A stretch of 64,000 nt of DNA from Candidatus Nomurabacteria bacterium GW2011_GWD2_36_14 (GCA_000991405.1 LBRL01000001.1:315200-379199), one strand, 5' to 3'. Shown: positions 29,361 to 39,537, counted from the first letter of the stretch. The notes: generated by a model not told the origin, from the letters alone. A program made the numbers and translations.

Positions 29361-30871
29361 TGAATTCAGATAAAACAAAAACAAATATAAAAGCAAGACC
29401 CCCCGTCGTCGTAGTCATGGGGCATGTTGATCATGGTAAGTCTACATTGCTTGACTACATCCGTAAGTCCAATACTGTCGAGGGTGAAGCAGGTGGTATT
29501 ACTCAGAGTATTAGTGCATATGAAGTATTCCATAAAGATGAAAGTAAAACAGATAGAAAGATTACTTTCCTAGACACACCTGGACATGAAGCTTTCTCTA
29601 AAATGCGAGCTCGAGGTGCATTTGCAGCCGACATAGCCATATTGGTTGTCTCTGCGGAAGATTCTGTAAAAGCTCAAACCCTTGAAGCATACAATACTAT
29701 TATAGAAAGCAAGATTCCTTATATCGTTGCTATCAACAAGATAGACAGACCAAATGCAAATGTAGAAAAAACTAAAATGGACCTTGTAGAGAAAGGTATC
29801 TATCTAGAAGGCTTAGGTGGAGACATTCCTTTTGTACCTATTTCTGCCAAAGTAGGAACTGGAGTAGATGAGCTTCTAGATATGATACTTCTAGTTTCCG
29901 ATATACAAGCCTTCACAGGAGACTCCTCATTAAATGCGTCAGGAATAATCATAGAAGCCAATCGTGAACCAAAACGTGGAATCAGTGCTACGTGCATTAT
30001 AAAGAATGGGACACTTAAGTCGGGAATGATAGTAGTAGCAGGGACTGCACTTGTCTCTACTCGTATGATGGAAAACTTCTTAGGTAAGCCGATCAAAGAA
30101 GCAACTTTCTCCTCCCCCATCTTACTTACAGGTTTTGAGTCAATGCCAGAAGTCGGAAGTACTTTCGAATCATTTGTAAGTAAAAAGGAGGCCGAAAATT
30201 ATATTGAAATAATGAAAAGTGCTCTACTTGAAAACAAAACGGCAGTCAAGTACAGAGCTCCTACTGGGAAAATAATTCCTATAATAATTAAAACCGATGT
30301 TGTAGGATCGATGGATGCAATAGAAAAAGAAATAAGTAAATTAAACAATGAAGAAATTTCTTATAAAATTATTAGTTTTGGGGTTGGAGCTATCAATGAG
30401 TCCGATCTTAAAATGGCCAATGCCAACAAAGAGACTATTGTTGTCGGATTCAATACCAAGCTTGATGCTGGTGCACGCGACCTAAATGAAACTCTTAAAA
30501 TAAATGTAGAGGTGTTCGATATTATATACAAGCTTACAGACTGGTTGAAAATATTAATAGATGAAAGAAGGCCGAGAATAGAAACAGTCGAGGTGACTGG
30601 ATCTCTGAAGATAATAAGAACTTTTGGGGCGACAAAAGACAAGCAAGTCGTCGGAGGAAAAGTTATCAACGGTAGAATCGTAAATGGTGGCCAAGTCCGT
30701 ATTATGCGTCGTGACTTTGAAATAGGACACGGAAAGATAGTGGAGCTTCAGCAGAATAAAATAAAAGCCAAGGAAGTCCTTGAGGAAAGTGAGTGTGGAG
30801 TACAAGTAGAAACAAAGATTACAATAGCTCCAGGTGATGTCCTCGAAGCCTTCATAATAACCATAAAATAA
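29360..30871 (+). CDS. infB: Translation initiation factor IF-2 (short form lacking the N-terminal domains)
   Basis: [17 protein letters not shown]-domain, [12 protein letters not shown], and C-terminal beta-barrels. Confidence 0.85.
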   Translation: MNSDKTKTNIKARPPVVVVMGHVDHGKSTLLDYIRKSNTVEGEAGGITQSISAYEVFHKDESKTDRKITFLDTPGHEAFSKMRARGAFAADIAILVVSAEDSVKAQTLEAYNTIIESKIPYIVAINKIDRPNANVEKTKMDLVEKGIYLEGLGGDIPFVPISAKVGTGVDELLDMILLVSDIQAFTGDSSLNASGIIIEANREPKRGISATCIIKNGTLKSGMIVVAGTALVSTRMMENFLGKPIKEATFSSPILLTGFESMPEVGSTFESFVSKKEAENYIEIMKSALLENKTAVKYRAPTGKIIPIIIKTDVVGSMDAIEKEISKLNNEEISYKIISFGVGAINESDLKMANANKETIVVGFNTKLDAGARDLNETLKINVEVFDIIYKLTDWLKILIDERRPRIETVEVTGSLKIIRTFGATKDKQVVGGKVINGRIVNGGQVRIMRRDFEIGHGKIVELQQNKIKAKEVLEESECGVQVETKITIAPGDVLEAFIITIK

Positions 30872-30872
30872 G

Positions 30873-31199
30873 ATGTCCGAATATCGAACAGAGAAAATAA
30901 CAAATCATATTAAGGAGCTTGCTGCTACTTTCATAGAAAGAGAAGCGGGTCCTACTTCCCTTATCACTGTCACTCGTGTGCTTCTTTCTCCTGACAATAA
31001 AAGAGCCAAGATTATGATCAGCGTCCTTCCTCGCGAGAAAGAGAACGCTGCGTTTGGATTCATCAGGAGGAACTTGGGTGACTTGCGCAAACACGTGAAG
31101 AAAGGGCTCAAGATAAACCCTATCCCCTTTCTTGAAGTTGAAATAGATGAAGGTGAAAAGAATCGTCAACGAATTGACGAATTGTTGATTCAAGGTTAA
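30873..31199 (+). CDS. rbfA: Ribosome-binding factor A
   Basis: KH-like RbfA pattern (ITVTRV.LS.D...A.I..S). It is in the canonical infB-rbfA arrangement. Confidence 0.8.
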   Translation: MSEYRTEKITNHIKELAATFIEREAGPTSLITVTRVLLSPDNKRAKIMISVLPREKENAAFGFIRRNLGDLRKHVKKGLKINPIPFLEVEIDEGEKNRQRIDELLIQG

Positions 31200-31249
31200 A
31201 AATTAGTTGCTAGGTTCTAGTTTCTAGTTTATAGTAGAAAAATAAGTAA

Positions 31250-31321
31250 GGCCTGGTAGCCAAGTGGTAAGGCAGAGATCTGCAAAATCTCTATGCGGCG
31301 GTTCAATTCCGCCCCAGGCCT
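31250..31321 (+). tRNA. tRNA-Cys (anticodon GCA)
   Basis: Acceptor GGCCTGG/CCAGGCC, anticodon loop CTGCAAA, T-arm GGCGGTTCAATTCCGCC, discriminator T. Confidence 0.85.
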
Positions 31322-31441
31322 CAGCAGGGAGTATGCAAACTACTTTGCATACGTGGCGGAATTGAAAGACTTTTCATTATTTGTTTAATAACAAATTGAA
31401 AAGTACCCGCGACCGTTGGGCGAAATTCCGCCCCAGGCCTC
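31322..31441 (+). mobile_element. Miniature element 3' of tRNA-Cys. It ends with a 16-bp direct repeat of the tRNA 3' end (attccgccccaggcct) and may be an att-like remnant.
   Basis: Perfect hairpin GTATGCAAActaCTTTGCATAC (31331-52), then GAAAGACTT, then GTACCCGCG (31403-11), then a copy of tRNA-Cys 31305-31320 at 31425-31440. Confidence 0.45.
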
Positions 31442-31547
31442 CCTAAAGTAAATTTAGTAAAATTTACTCGGGCGAACAATTTTTAACAAAATTGTTTTAG
31501 CCAAATAAGTAGCAATTTTTATAATTTTTTGCTAGTATGTTTTATAT

Positions 31548-31631
31548 GCCGGGGTGGCGAAATTGGTAGACGCACTGCTCTTAGGAAGCAGCGAGAGTAA
31601 TCTCATGAAAGTTCAAGTCTTTTCCCCGGCA
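31548..31631 (+). tRNA. tRNA-Leu (anticodon TAG), class II
   Basis: Acceptor GCCGGGG/CCCCGGC, anticodon loop CTTAGGA, long variable arm, discriminator A. Confidence 0.85.
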
Positions 31632-31835
31632 CATATTAAAAAACATTATGAAAATAGTGTTTTTTATATGATGTCGGGGAGTAAGCAAACTTCTTTGCTT
31701 ACGTAGAAGACTTGCACAGCGGAGTCATATTTTCTTACCAAAGAAAATAGATGAGCTGGTGACCAGACAAAACTTTTTGACGAAAAAGTTTTAGTCGAGG
31801 TCAAGAAGCGTACCCGCGGTCTTTTCCCCGGCACC
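31632..31835 (+). mobile_element. Second miniature element, homologous to the one after tRNA-Cys. It ends with a 15-bp direct repeat of the tRNA-Leu 3' end (gtcttttccccggca).
   Basis: Hairpin GTAAGCAAActtCTTTGCTTAC (31681-702), then GAAGACTT, then GTACCCGCG (31810-18), then a copy of tRNA-Leu 31617-31631 at 31819-31833. The repeat overlaps the 3' end of the LAGLIDADG ORF. Confidence 0.45.
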
Positions 31836-32483
31836 AAGTTTTTTGGATTGCTTCAAAATTTTAAAGGCTATATTTCTTTTCCTAGATAAAGAAGTATTTT
31901 TACCTTTATATATAAATTGTAAAACTTTTATACTATCTTCTTTTGCAAAAGTTAATGTATAAACTGATGATTCTTTAGGTAGACAAATTGAACCACCTTT
32001 AACTTCAAATAATTCAATACAAGATTTTAATATCCACTCTAGAAATAATTTACTAGCTGAACAAAGCCTTACCTTGTATTGAGGATGCTTACTTTCCTTA
32101 TGTTTTGAAATTGTAATACTTCCATCTCCATCAATACATCCTCGAAGAAAATCTTTAAAATATTCTTTTGGTATTTTTAATTCATTTATCGTTTTAGATT
32201 TTTTGGGAGTAATTCCTATACTTAATAAAAACTCAAAAAAGTTTTTATCTCCAAATTGTAAAACATAATATTTCTTATCTTTTGATCCACCCCGAGCCTT
32301 TTTGCCAATAAGGTTGTTGATTCCTAAACATTTCTTACAATTTAACAGCATTTCTTCATCTTTTGAAGTAATATGAATATGCCGTAAATCTGGAGATAGA
32401 TTACCATCTGTAGCAATTACTCCTATAACATAAGCAAAATCACCATTCCATTTTATTTTCACATTCCCCTTTCGATATGCCAT
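31791..32483 (-). CDS. LAGLIDADG homing endonuclease (two-motif, monomeric type)
   Basis: Motif 1 VIGVIATDGNL and motif 2 LRGCIDGDGSI, ~105 aa apart. The last ~14 codons are read through the tRNA-Leu 3'-end repeat. Confidence 0.75.
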   Translation of the reverse strand: MAYRKGNVKIKWNGDFAYVIGVIATDGNLSPDLRHIHITSKDEEMLLNCKKCLGINNLIGKKARGGSKDKKYYVLQFGDKNFFEFLLSIGITPKKSKTINELKIPKEYFKDFLRGCIDGDGSITISKHKESKHPQYKVRLCSASKLFLEWILKSCIELFEVKGGSICLPKESSVYTLTFAKEDSIKVLQFIYKGKNTSLSRKRNIAFKILKQSKKLGAGEKTAGTLLDLD

Positions 32484-32570
32484 ACACCCATTATACTAAA
32501 ACATATAGCGTCTGCCAATAAAAATATTAATTATATTTCATTTATGAATGCTTCATGCTAAACTACCCTT

Positions 32571-33440
32571 ATGTCCCTCGAAAAGACTGCTCTTAAAACT
32601 ACATACTTTAGTATTCTAAGTAATGCTCTTCTAGCTATCATCAAATGGACGGCTGGTTACTTTGGCCACTCTTACGCCCTTATCGCTGATGCCATAGAAT
32701 CCACCACAGACATCTTTTCTTCTGCTTTGGTACTCTTCGGTATCAAATATTCAAGTAAACCTGCCGACAAGAATCACCCATACGGACACGGAAGAATAGA
32801 GCCACTCGTCACTTTTCTAGTTGTAGGTTTTCTAATTATTTCTGCAATTATCATAGCTCGCCAAGCCATCATAAATATTGGAACTCCCCACGAATTACCA
32901 AAGTTTTATACTTTATTCATCTTGGCTGGAATTATAATATGGAAAGAAGCTTCTTATCGATTAGTCGTCAGGAAAAGTAAGGAAACCAAAAGCTCATCTC
33001 TCAAGGCCGACGCTTGGCATCATAGAAGCGACGCTATCACCTCTGTAGCTGCATTTATAGGTATCACTATTGCACTTATCTTAGGCAAAGGCTACGAATC
33101 TGCTGATGATTGGGCCGCACTCTTTGCAGCAGGTTTCATCCTGTATAATTGCTATCTTATATTTCGCCCTGCATTAGGAGAAGTTATGGATGAGCATACC
33201 CATGATGATGTTGTCATGAAAGTGAGAGAAATATCTAAAATAGTAGAAGGCGTCATAGAGACAGAGAAATGCTTCATTAGAAAGACGGGCATGAAGTACC
33301 ATGTTGACCTACATATTGTTGTCGATGGAGCGATATCAGTAAAGGAAGGCCACGCAATATCACACGTACTGAAGGATAAAATAAAGGAAGAAATGCCAGA
33401 AATTTCCAATATTTTAATTCACATTGAACCTAAAAATTAA
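32571..33440 (+). CDS. Cation diffusion facilitator (CDF) family transporter
   Basis: Six TM segments, HSYALIADA...HPYGHGR..., and a C-terminal cytoplasmic domain. Confidence 0.8.
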   Translation: MSLEKTALKTTYFSILSNALLAIIKWTAGYFGHSYALIADAIESTTDIFSSALVLFGIKYSSKPADKNHPYGHGRIEPLVTFLVVGFLIISAIIIARQAIINIGTPHELPKFYTLFILAGIIIWKEASYRLVVRKSKETKSSSLKADAWHHRSDAITSVAAFIGITIALILGKGYESADDWAALFAAGFILYNCYLIFRPALGEVMDEHTHDDVVMKVREISKIVEGVIETEKCFIRKTGMKYHVDLHIVVDGAISVKEGHAISHVLKDKIKEEMPEISNILIHIEPKN

Positions 33441-33485
33441 CTCCAAAATTTGCAAATTTAAGTAAAATATAGTACTATACAAATT

Positions 33486-33719
33486 ATGACGATTATTGCT
33501 AATATATTGCCTTATATACAAATAATACTATCTATCATCCTAATCACCGCTATTTTGCTACAGCAATCTGACGCTGGTGTAGGAGGAGTACTTGGAGGAG
33601 GAGACGGGGGTGGACTTTACCACACACGCCGTGGCTTTGAAAAGTTCCTTTTCGTTTTGACTATAGTCATTGCTATTCTATTGACTGCTTCAGCACTTAT
33701 CGCAATATTCGTTAAGTAG
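33486..33719 (+). CDS. secG: Preprotein translocase subunit SecG
   Basis: 77 aa with two TM segments and a Gly-rich loop LLQQSDAGVGGVLGGG. Confidence 0.7.
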   Translation: MTIIANILPYIQIILSIILITAILLQQSDAGVGGVLGGGDGGGLYHTRRGFEKFLFVLTIVIAILLTASALIAIFVK

Positions 33720-33772
33720 TTTTTTCTACGTAATATAACAACTAATAAAATTATACTCTCAAAGAGTGCATT

Positions 33773-35569
33773 ATGCATAAATTTCTTTCATTTATAAAAG
33801 AATTTCAAATTCCAAAAAAGCAAAACCTTAGAGATGCACTAGCTTCATTCTCTAGAAAAGAATTTTACATTTTCGCAACTATCGTTGTGGTTGCTCTTGT
33901 TGCTATGGTTGTCATGCTAAATGCTATCAACAATAAATTCCTAGTAGACGTACCTATGAATGGTGGATCCGTCACAGAAGGTATTATCGGTATGCCTACC
34001 CTCGTCAATCCAGTACTCGCAATTTCTGATGCAGATAAAGACTTGGTATCTCTAGTCTATAGTGGCCTAGTAAGGAGACAGCCTGACGGCACATATATCC
34101 CCGACTTGGCAGAATCTTATACAATCTCTCCCGATGGGCTTACATATACTTTCATCCTTAGAAAAGATGCTAAATTCCATGATGGAGTGAAGGTTACAGC
34201 CAATGACGTAGTCTACACTATAGACAAGATCAAGGACCCAACAGTGAAAAGTCCTCGCGTCGGATGGAATGTAGTATCAGTGGAGAAGAAAGATGATCGC
34301 ACCATAGTCTTCACTTTGAACAAAGCCTACATATCTTTCTTAGACAATATGACTCTCGGTATCTTACCAGAGCATATCTGGAAGGAAAAGGAGTCTCAGT
34401 TCAATATCTCCCCTTACAATATTAAAGCTATCGGATCAGGACCTTACCAGATCAAGTCTGTCGCAAAGAATAGTGACGGGATTCCACAAAAGTATGTATT
34501 GAAAAGTTTTTCAAAATTTACGCTTGGAGTTCCTCATATCAAGACCTTAAATATCGTTTCATTTTCAAATGAAAAAGATTTAGTGGATGCTATCTCAAAC
34601 GGCTCCATAGACCAAGCAGGTGGTATAAGTCCTAAGAATGCAATAGATATCAACAAAGATTCATACACTATACACACCGCTTCTACCCCTAGAATATTTG
34701 GATTATTTTATAACAGTCTAAACAACAAAATATTTGCAGATCCAAATATTGTCAAAGCCTTTGATTATGCATTAAATAGGCAAGAAGTCATCGACAATGT
34801 CCTATATGGATATGGGACAATAACCAGCAATCCTATCCCAGACACCATTTTGAAAAATGATACAGTAGTGAGAGAAGATTCTGAATCTATCAAGAAGGCC
34901 AACGACCTTCTAGATAAGAGTGGCTGGATTATAGGTGCTGATGGCTTGCGTACAAAAGGAGGTACAACAACTATTACCAAGACAAAGAAGGTTGGCAAGA
35001 AGACCGTAACTGAAAAAGTGAAGGTGAATAGCGGTCCAGTAACTACTCTTGAATTCTCTCTGACAACCCTAGATACACCCGAATTCAAGCAAGCCGCTGA
35101 AATCATCAAGAAGCAATTGGGTAGAGTAGGTGTAAGAGTCAACACAGAGAAGGTTTACGAAATGGGACCACTAAACAAGATCATTCAGAATCGCGAATAT
35201 GAGGCTCTCTTCTTCGGACAGAGGATCACCCACGAGTCTGACTTATTCTTGTTCTGGCACTCATCTCAGAATAAAGATCCCGGACTCAATATATCTATGT
35301 ATAGCAATGCTAAGGTAGATAAAATACTTGAAGATGCCCAGAAGACAATCTTGCTTGATGATAGAATAAATAAATATAAAAGTTTCATTGAAGAATTTAA
35401 TAAAGATATCCCTGCTCTATTGATATATTCTCCGAAGTATTTATATGCCACAACAATTGAGCTCAATAATATAAATATCAACACATTAATAAACCCATCC
35501 GATAGATTTGCATCTATATATACATGGTATGCAGACAAAGATCGTGTGTGGAAAATCTTTACTAAATAA
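33773..35569 (+). CDS. ABC transporter substrate-binding protein, family 5 (peptide/nickel type), membrane-anchored
   Basis: N-terminal TM anchor, then an SBP_bac_5-like fold with a conserved Y..A..W.....DG.T.TF.LR.....DG block. Confidence 0.6.
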   Translation: MHKFLSFIKEFQIPKKQNLRDALASFSRKEFYIFATIVVVALVAMVVMLNAINNKFLVDVPMNGGSVTEGIIGMPTLVNPVLAISDADKDLVSLVYSGLVRRQPDGTYIPDLAESYTISPDGLTYTFILRKDAKFHDGVKVTANDVVYTIDKIKDPTVKSPRVGWNVVSVEKKDDRTIVFTLNKAYISFLDNMTLGILPEHIWKEKESQFNISPYNIKAIGSGPYQIKSVAKNSDGIPQKYVLKSFSKFTLGVPHIKTLNIVSFSNEKDLVDAISNGSIDQAGGISPKNAIDINKDSYTIHTASTPRIFGLFYNSLNNKIFADPNIVKAFDYALNRQEVIDNVLYGYGTITSNPIPDTILKNDTVVREDSESIKKANDLLDKSGWIIGADGLRTKGGTTTITKTKKVGKKTVTEKVKVNSGPVTTLEFSLTTLDTPEFKQAAEIIKKQLGRVGVRVNTEKVYEMGPLNKIIQNREYEALFFGQRITHESDLFLFWHSSQNKDPGLNISMYSNAKVDKILEDAQKTILLDDRINKYKSFIEEFNKDIPALLIYSPKYLYATTIELNNININTLINPSDRFASIYTWYADKDRVWKIFTK

Positions 35570-35577
35570 ATAATAAT

Positions 35578-37572
35578 ATGGAAGAAAAACCAAAAACAAA
35601 TAGAAATGACGGAAATAAAAAAAGTAATTTCCAATTTAGAAAAACAAATACTATAAGAGTTATACATAAGGCAGGAACTCCTAAGGTAGACTCTATGTTC
35701 AAGCCAACAAACCGTCAGCCATTGAAGGGTAATCACGCTCAATCCGACAACAAAAACAAGACCATGAGTCGCGGAAGCTACCAATATGGCACCAACAAAG
35801 GTGGTAGACGTCCTCGTATGGCAACCCCAGTACCTCCTAAAGAGAATGCCGTCGTTGTCCGTAAGAACAAGACTACCCTTATCCCCCCACCTGAAGATGG
35901 TGTTATCCGTATAATTCCCCTCGGTGGTGTAGAAGAAATAGGCAAGAATATGACCGCTATTGAGATTGGAGATGATATCATTGTCATCGACGCAGGTATG
36001 CAATTCAAGACTGAAGATACTCCCGGTATAGACTACATCATCCCCAATACTACCTACCTCGAAGAGCGTAAGGATAAAATACGCGCAATGCTAGTCACCC
36101 ACGGACACCTAGACCACATAGGGGGCATACCTCTAGTTATGAGCCGTATAGGCAACCCACCTCTGTATTCTAGAAATCTTTCAGTCTTGGTCATGAAGAA
36201 ACGCCAAGAAGAATTCTCTCACCTCCCTCTACTCAATGCTCACATCATAGAGAAGGATTCTGTGATATATGTAGGTAAGCTTCGCATACGATTCTTTGGT
36301 GTGACTCACACCATGCCTGACTCAATGGGCATAGTTATCGAAACACCATATGGAAGTATTGTAACTCCCGGAGACTACAAGCTTGACCAGATAGATGGGA
36401 AAGTGTCAGAAGAAGAGGAGAAAGAGTACGCCTTTTTCGACAAAGAAAAAGTTCTTCTACTATTGACCGACTCTACAAATATAGAAAACGAAGGATTCTC
36501 TATACCTGAAGTTTGGGTTCATGAAGGTTTGGGTAAATTAATACGACAAGGAACTGGCCGAATTATTATCTCTGCCTTTGCTTCTTCTATTACTCGACTT
36601 ATGAAGATAGTAGAGATTGCAGAATCACTAGGCAAGAAGGTAATCCTAGATGGTAGATCACTAAAGACCAACATGGAAGTCTGCGAAGCAGCTGGAATCT
36701 TCAAGCCCAAGAAAGGCACCATAATACCCATAGAAGATGTAGACAAGTACCCTCCTAATAAAATCCTTATCATGATGACAGGTGCCCAAGGTGAAGAATT
36801 CGCAGCTCTCAATCGTGCTGCCAATAAGACTCACAAGAAGTTTACCATCCGCCCCGGAGATACTATCATCCTCTCCTCTTCTATTGTCCCAGGGAATGAA
36901 ATAGCCGTTCAGCATTTGAAGGACAATCTGACTCGCCACGGTATACGTATTATAAGTTATCGTACAAGTGAAGATACTATCCATGCCACAGGTCACGGCA
37001 ACCAAGAAGATATAAAATGGCTACACAAGAAGACGCATCCCAAGTTCTTTATCCCTATTCATGGGTGGCACTCAATGCTCGTCAAACACAAGGAAGTGGC
37101 TATGTCCTTAGGCATGTCTGAAGAAAACATTATAGTCCCCGACAACGGCTCTATTATAGAAATAGTAGACAATGGTTCTAAGATGATTCTCCGCAAAGAG
37201 AAAGCTCCCGCAGGAGCTATGATGGTAGACGGCTTCTCTATAGGCGATGAGCAAGATGTAGTCATCAGAGACAGAGTCATGCTAGCCCAAGATGGAATGT
37301 TCGTACTTATAGCTACTATTGACTCCAATACGGGTAAGCTTCGCAAGTCTCCAGACATCATCTCTAGAGGATTTATATATCTAAAAGAGAATCAAGAGCT
37401 ACTTCACCAAGTCAGACTTATCATCAAGCAAACTATTGAGGAAGGAACAATTGGTATGAATCCTATAAATTTTGATAATATCAAGACAAATCTAGGAGAC
37501 AATATCTCGAAGTTCCTCTTCCAGAAGACAGCCAAGAGACCACTTGTAATTCCAGTATTATTAAGTATTTAA
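35578..37572 (+). CDS. rnj: Ribonuclease J with a ~110-aa basic, low-complexity N-terminal extension
   Basis: IRIIPLGGVEEIGKNM, HGHLDHIGG metallo-beta-lactamase motif, a beta-CASP domain, and a C-terminal domain. Confidence 0.85.
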   Translation: MEEKPKTNRNDGNKKSNFQFRKTNTIRVIHKAGTPKVDSMFKPTNRQPLKGNHAQSDNKNKTMSRGSYQYGTNKGGRRPRMATPVPPKENAVVVRKNKTTLIPPPEDGVIRIIPLGGVEEIGKNMTAIEIGDDIIVIDAGMQFKTEDTPGIDYIIPNTTYLEERKDKIRAMLVTHGHLDHIGGIPLVMSRIGNPPLYSRNLSVLVMKKRQEEFSHLPLLNAHIIEKDSVIYVGKLRIRFFGVTHTMPDSMGIVIETPYGSIVTPGDYKLDQIDGKVSEEEEKEYAFFDKEKVLLLLTDSTNIENEGFSIPEVWVHEGLGKLIRQGTGRIIISAFASSITRLMKIVEIAESLGKKVILDGRSLKTNMEVCEAAGIFKPKKGTIIPIEDVDKYPPNKILIMMTGAQGEEFAALNRAANKTHKKFTIRPGDTIILSSSIVPGNEIAVQHLKDNLTRHGIRIISYRTSEDTIHATGHGNQEDIKWLHKKTHPKFFIPIHGWHSMLVKHKEVAMSLGMSEENIIVPDNGSIIEIVDNGSKMILRKEKAPAGAMMVDGFSIGDEQDVVIRDRVMLAQDGMFVLIATIDSNTGKLRKSPDIISRGFIYLKENQELLHQVRLIIKQTIEEGTIGMNPINFDNIKTNLGDNISKFLFQKTAKRPLVIPVLLSI

Positions 37573-37582
37573 ACAAAATTGT

Positions 37583-38770
37583 ATGTCACCAAAAATAAAA
37601 AGAATGTATGCTCTGTCATTTATATTTACTTTACATATATCAATTTCGGCTTATATTAGCTCCATCTTCCTAACAGGAATTATGAAAGAAAGCTTTATAG
37701 GAATCCTATACACGATAGCTTCACTCATTACCCTCATCCTTCTGACAAAGAGTTCAAGTATACTGAAGAATTTGGGCAACAAAAAACTAACTCTCATTTT
37801 TCTATTGGTGAACATATTATCGCTAGCAGGACTTATAACTAGTAGTAATCCATATATCATAGGATCTTCATTTATATTGTTTACCATAACGAATACTCTG
37901 GTATTTTTCTGTATTGATATATTCATAGAGCATTTTGGAGACCCGCTAACTATCGGTAAGACTAGAGGCCTATACCTGACTGTTATAAATATCGCATGGA
38001 TGCTATCTCCACTTATTGCCGTGACTCTAATCACGAAAGAAGGTGGGTACAAAGCTATCTTTACCCTCGCTTTCTTCATGGCAGTGGCAATGACTATTGG
38101 ACTACTTTTCTCTATAAAAACTTTCAAGGACAAGGTGTACAAGAAGACCCCCTTCTTGGAAACTTATAAATACCTAAAGACCAATCATCATATGTTGGCT
38201 ATCACTATCATCAACTTCATCCTGCAATTCTTCTTTGCGTGGATGGTTGTCTATACTCCTATATACCTTTATAATCATATGCATTTCAACTGGACACAAA
38301 TAGGAGTAATGTTTACCATTATGCTCGCTCCTTTCATTATCTTAGGGTTGCCAGTAGGAACACTTATTGACAAATACCATGTGAGGAAGAGAACACTTCT
38401 ATACATAGGCTTTGTCATTATAATCACCTCAACATTTTTGATTGCTTTTATAACGACTAGAAGCGTAGCCATCTGGGCATTGGTACTATTTATCACTCGT
38501 GTTGGAGCAAGTATCATAGAAACAACTTCAGAAACATACTTCTTCACTCATATAAGAGAAGAAGATGCTTATCTCTTAGGAGTGTTCCGCGATATGAACC
38601 CTGTCGCATATATTATCGCTCCAATGATAGCAACTCTTGTATTCCTAGTACTACCATTTAAATTCCTCTTTGTTATATTGAGTATTATATTACTGGCAGG
38701 ACTTTACTATATACCAAAGCTTAAACACAATCATGACCCCGCACAAACTTTTCAAGAACAAACATTATAA
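37583..38770 (+). CDS. MFS-type transporter
   Basis: About 12 predicted TM helices in a 6+6 arrangement. Confidence 0.55.
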   Translation: MSPKIKRMYALSFIFTLHISISAYISSIFLTGIMKESFIGILYTIASLITLILLTKSSSILKNLGNKKLTLIFLLVNILSLAGLITSSNPYIIGSSFILFTITNTLVFFCIDIFIEHFGDPLTIGKTRGLYLTVINIAWMLSPLIAVTLITKEGGYKAIFTLAFFMAVAMTIGLLFSIKTFKDKVYKKTPFLETYKYLKTNHHMLAITIINFILQFFFAWMVVYTPIYLYNHMHFNWTQIGVMFTIMLAPFIILGLPVGTLIDKYHVRKRTLLYIGFVIIITSTFLIAFITTRSVAIWALVLFITRVGASIIETTSETYFFTHIREEDAYLLGVFRDMNPVAYIIAPMIATLVFLVLPFKFLFVILSIILLAGLYYIPKLKHNHDPAQTFQEQTL

Positions 38771-38823
38771 TTAATATAGACTATCTTTTTACAAAATATA
38801 TTAAAAAGTTTAGGCGGACAAGT

Positions 38824-39531
38824 ATGGAATACCCAATACGAATAAATAAATATCTTGCATTAAAAAACTATGCTACCCGAAAAGGTGCCGATGAACTGAT
38901 CAAAAAAGGTTTCGTATTTATCAATGGCCGGAAGGCTGTGCTGGGGGATCAAGTATACAGAGATGAAGATGTAACAGTAAGTGATAAAGTTCCTAAGAAA
39001 GATTATGTATACTACGCTTACAATAAAGCTGTAGGGGTATCGACCAACCCAGATGTGAAAACAAAAGATATATTGAAAGTTACGAAGTTCAAGGAAGCAG
39101 TCTTCCCTATCGGCAGACTCGACAAAGATTCGCGTGGACTTATACTTATGACCAACGATGGACGAGTGACGGACAGACTCCTCTCACCTCTTTATGTTCA
39201 CGAGAAGGAATACGTGGTAAAAGTAGAACCAAATTTCTCAGATAAATTTATAGAACTTATGGGTGGTGGTGTACACTTTGATAAATTCATAAGTCGCAAG
39301 TGTAAAGTCTGGAGGAATACAGCTAAGTCTAAGGACACCTTCAATATCGTGCTCACAGAGGGCAAGAAACGCCAAATCAGACGTATGTGTGAAGCTTTGC
39401 ATCACAAAGTTGTCGACTTAAAGCGTATTCGTATTATGAACATAGAACTAGGAAAACTAAACGAGGGAGAATATAGAGACATAAAGGGAGCGGAGCTAGA
39501 CACTTTACTAAAATCTTTGAAATTAAGATAA
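38824..39531 (+). CDS. Pseudouridine synthase, RsuA/RluB family (S4 domain + catalytic domain)
   Basis: S4-like IRINKYLA... and the catalytic-Asp motif PIGRLDKDSRGLILMTNDG. Confidence 0.75.
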   Translation: MEYPIRINKYLALKNYATRKGADELIKKGFVFINGRKAVLGDQVYRDEDVTVSDKVPKKDYVYYAYNKAVGVSTNPDVKTKDILKVTKFKEAVFPIGRLDKDSRGLILMTNDGRVTDRLLSPLYVHEKEYVVKVEPNFSDKFIELMGGGVHFDKFISRKCKVWRNTAKSKDTFNIVLTEGKKRQIRRMCEALHHKVVDLKRIRIMNIELGKLNEGEYRDIKGAELDTLLKSLKLR

Positions 39532-39537
39532 ATACAT

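Noticed and set aside
31322-31441. Possibility that the post-tRNA segments are additional tRNA genes or tRNA pseudogenes
   Set aside because: Only the T-arm and 3' acceptor part is present (the T-loop is shortened to 5 nt in the Cys copy). No D-arm or anticodon arm can be drawn. They are better explained as 3'-end direct repeats (att-like).
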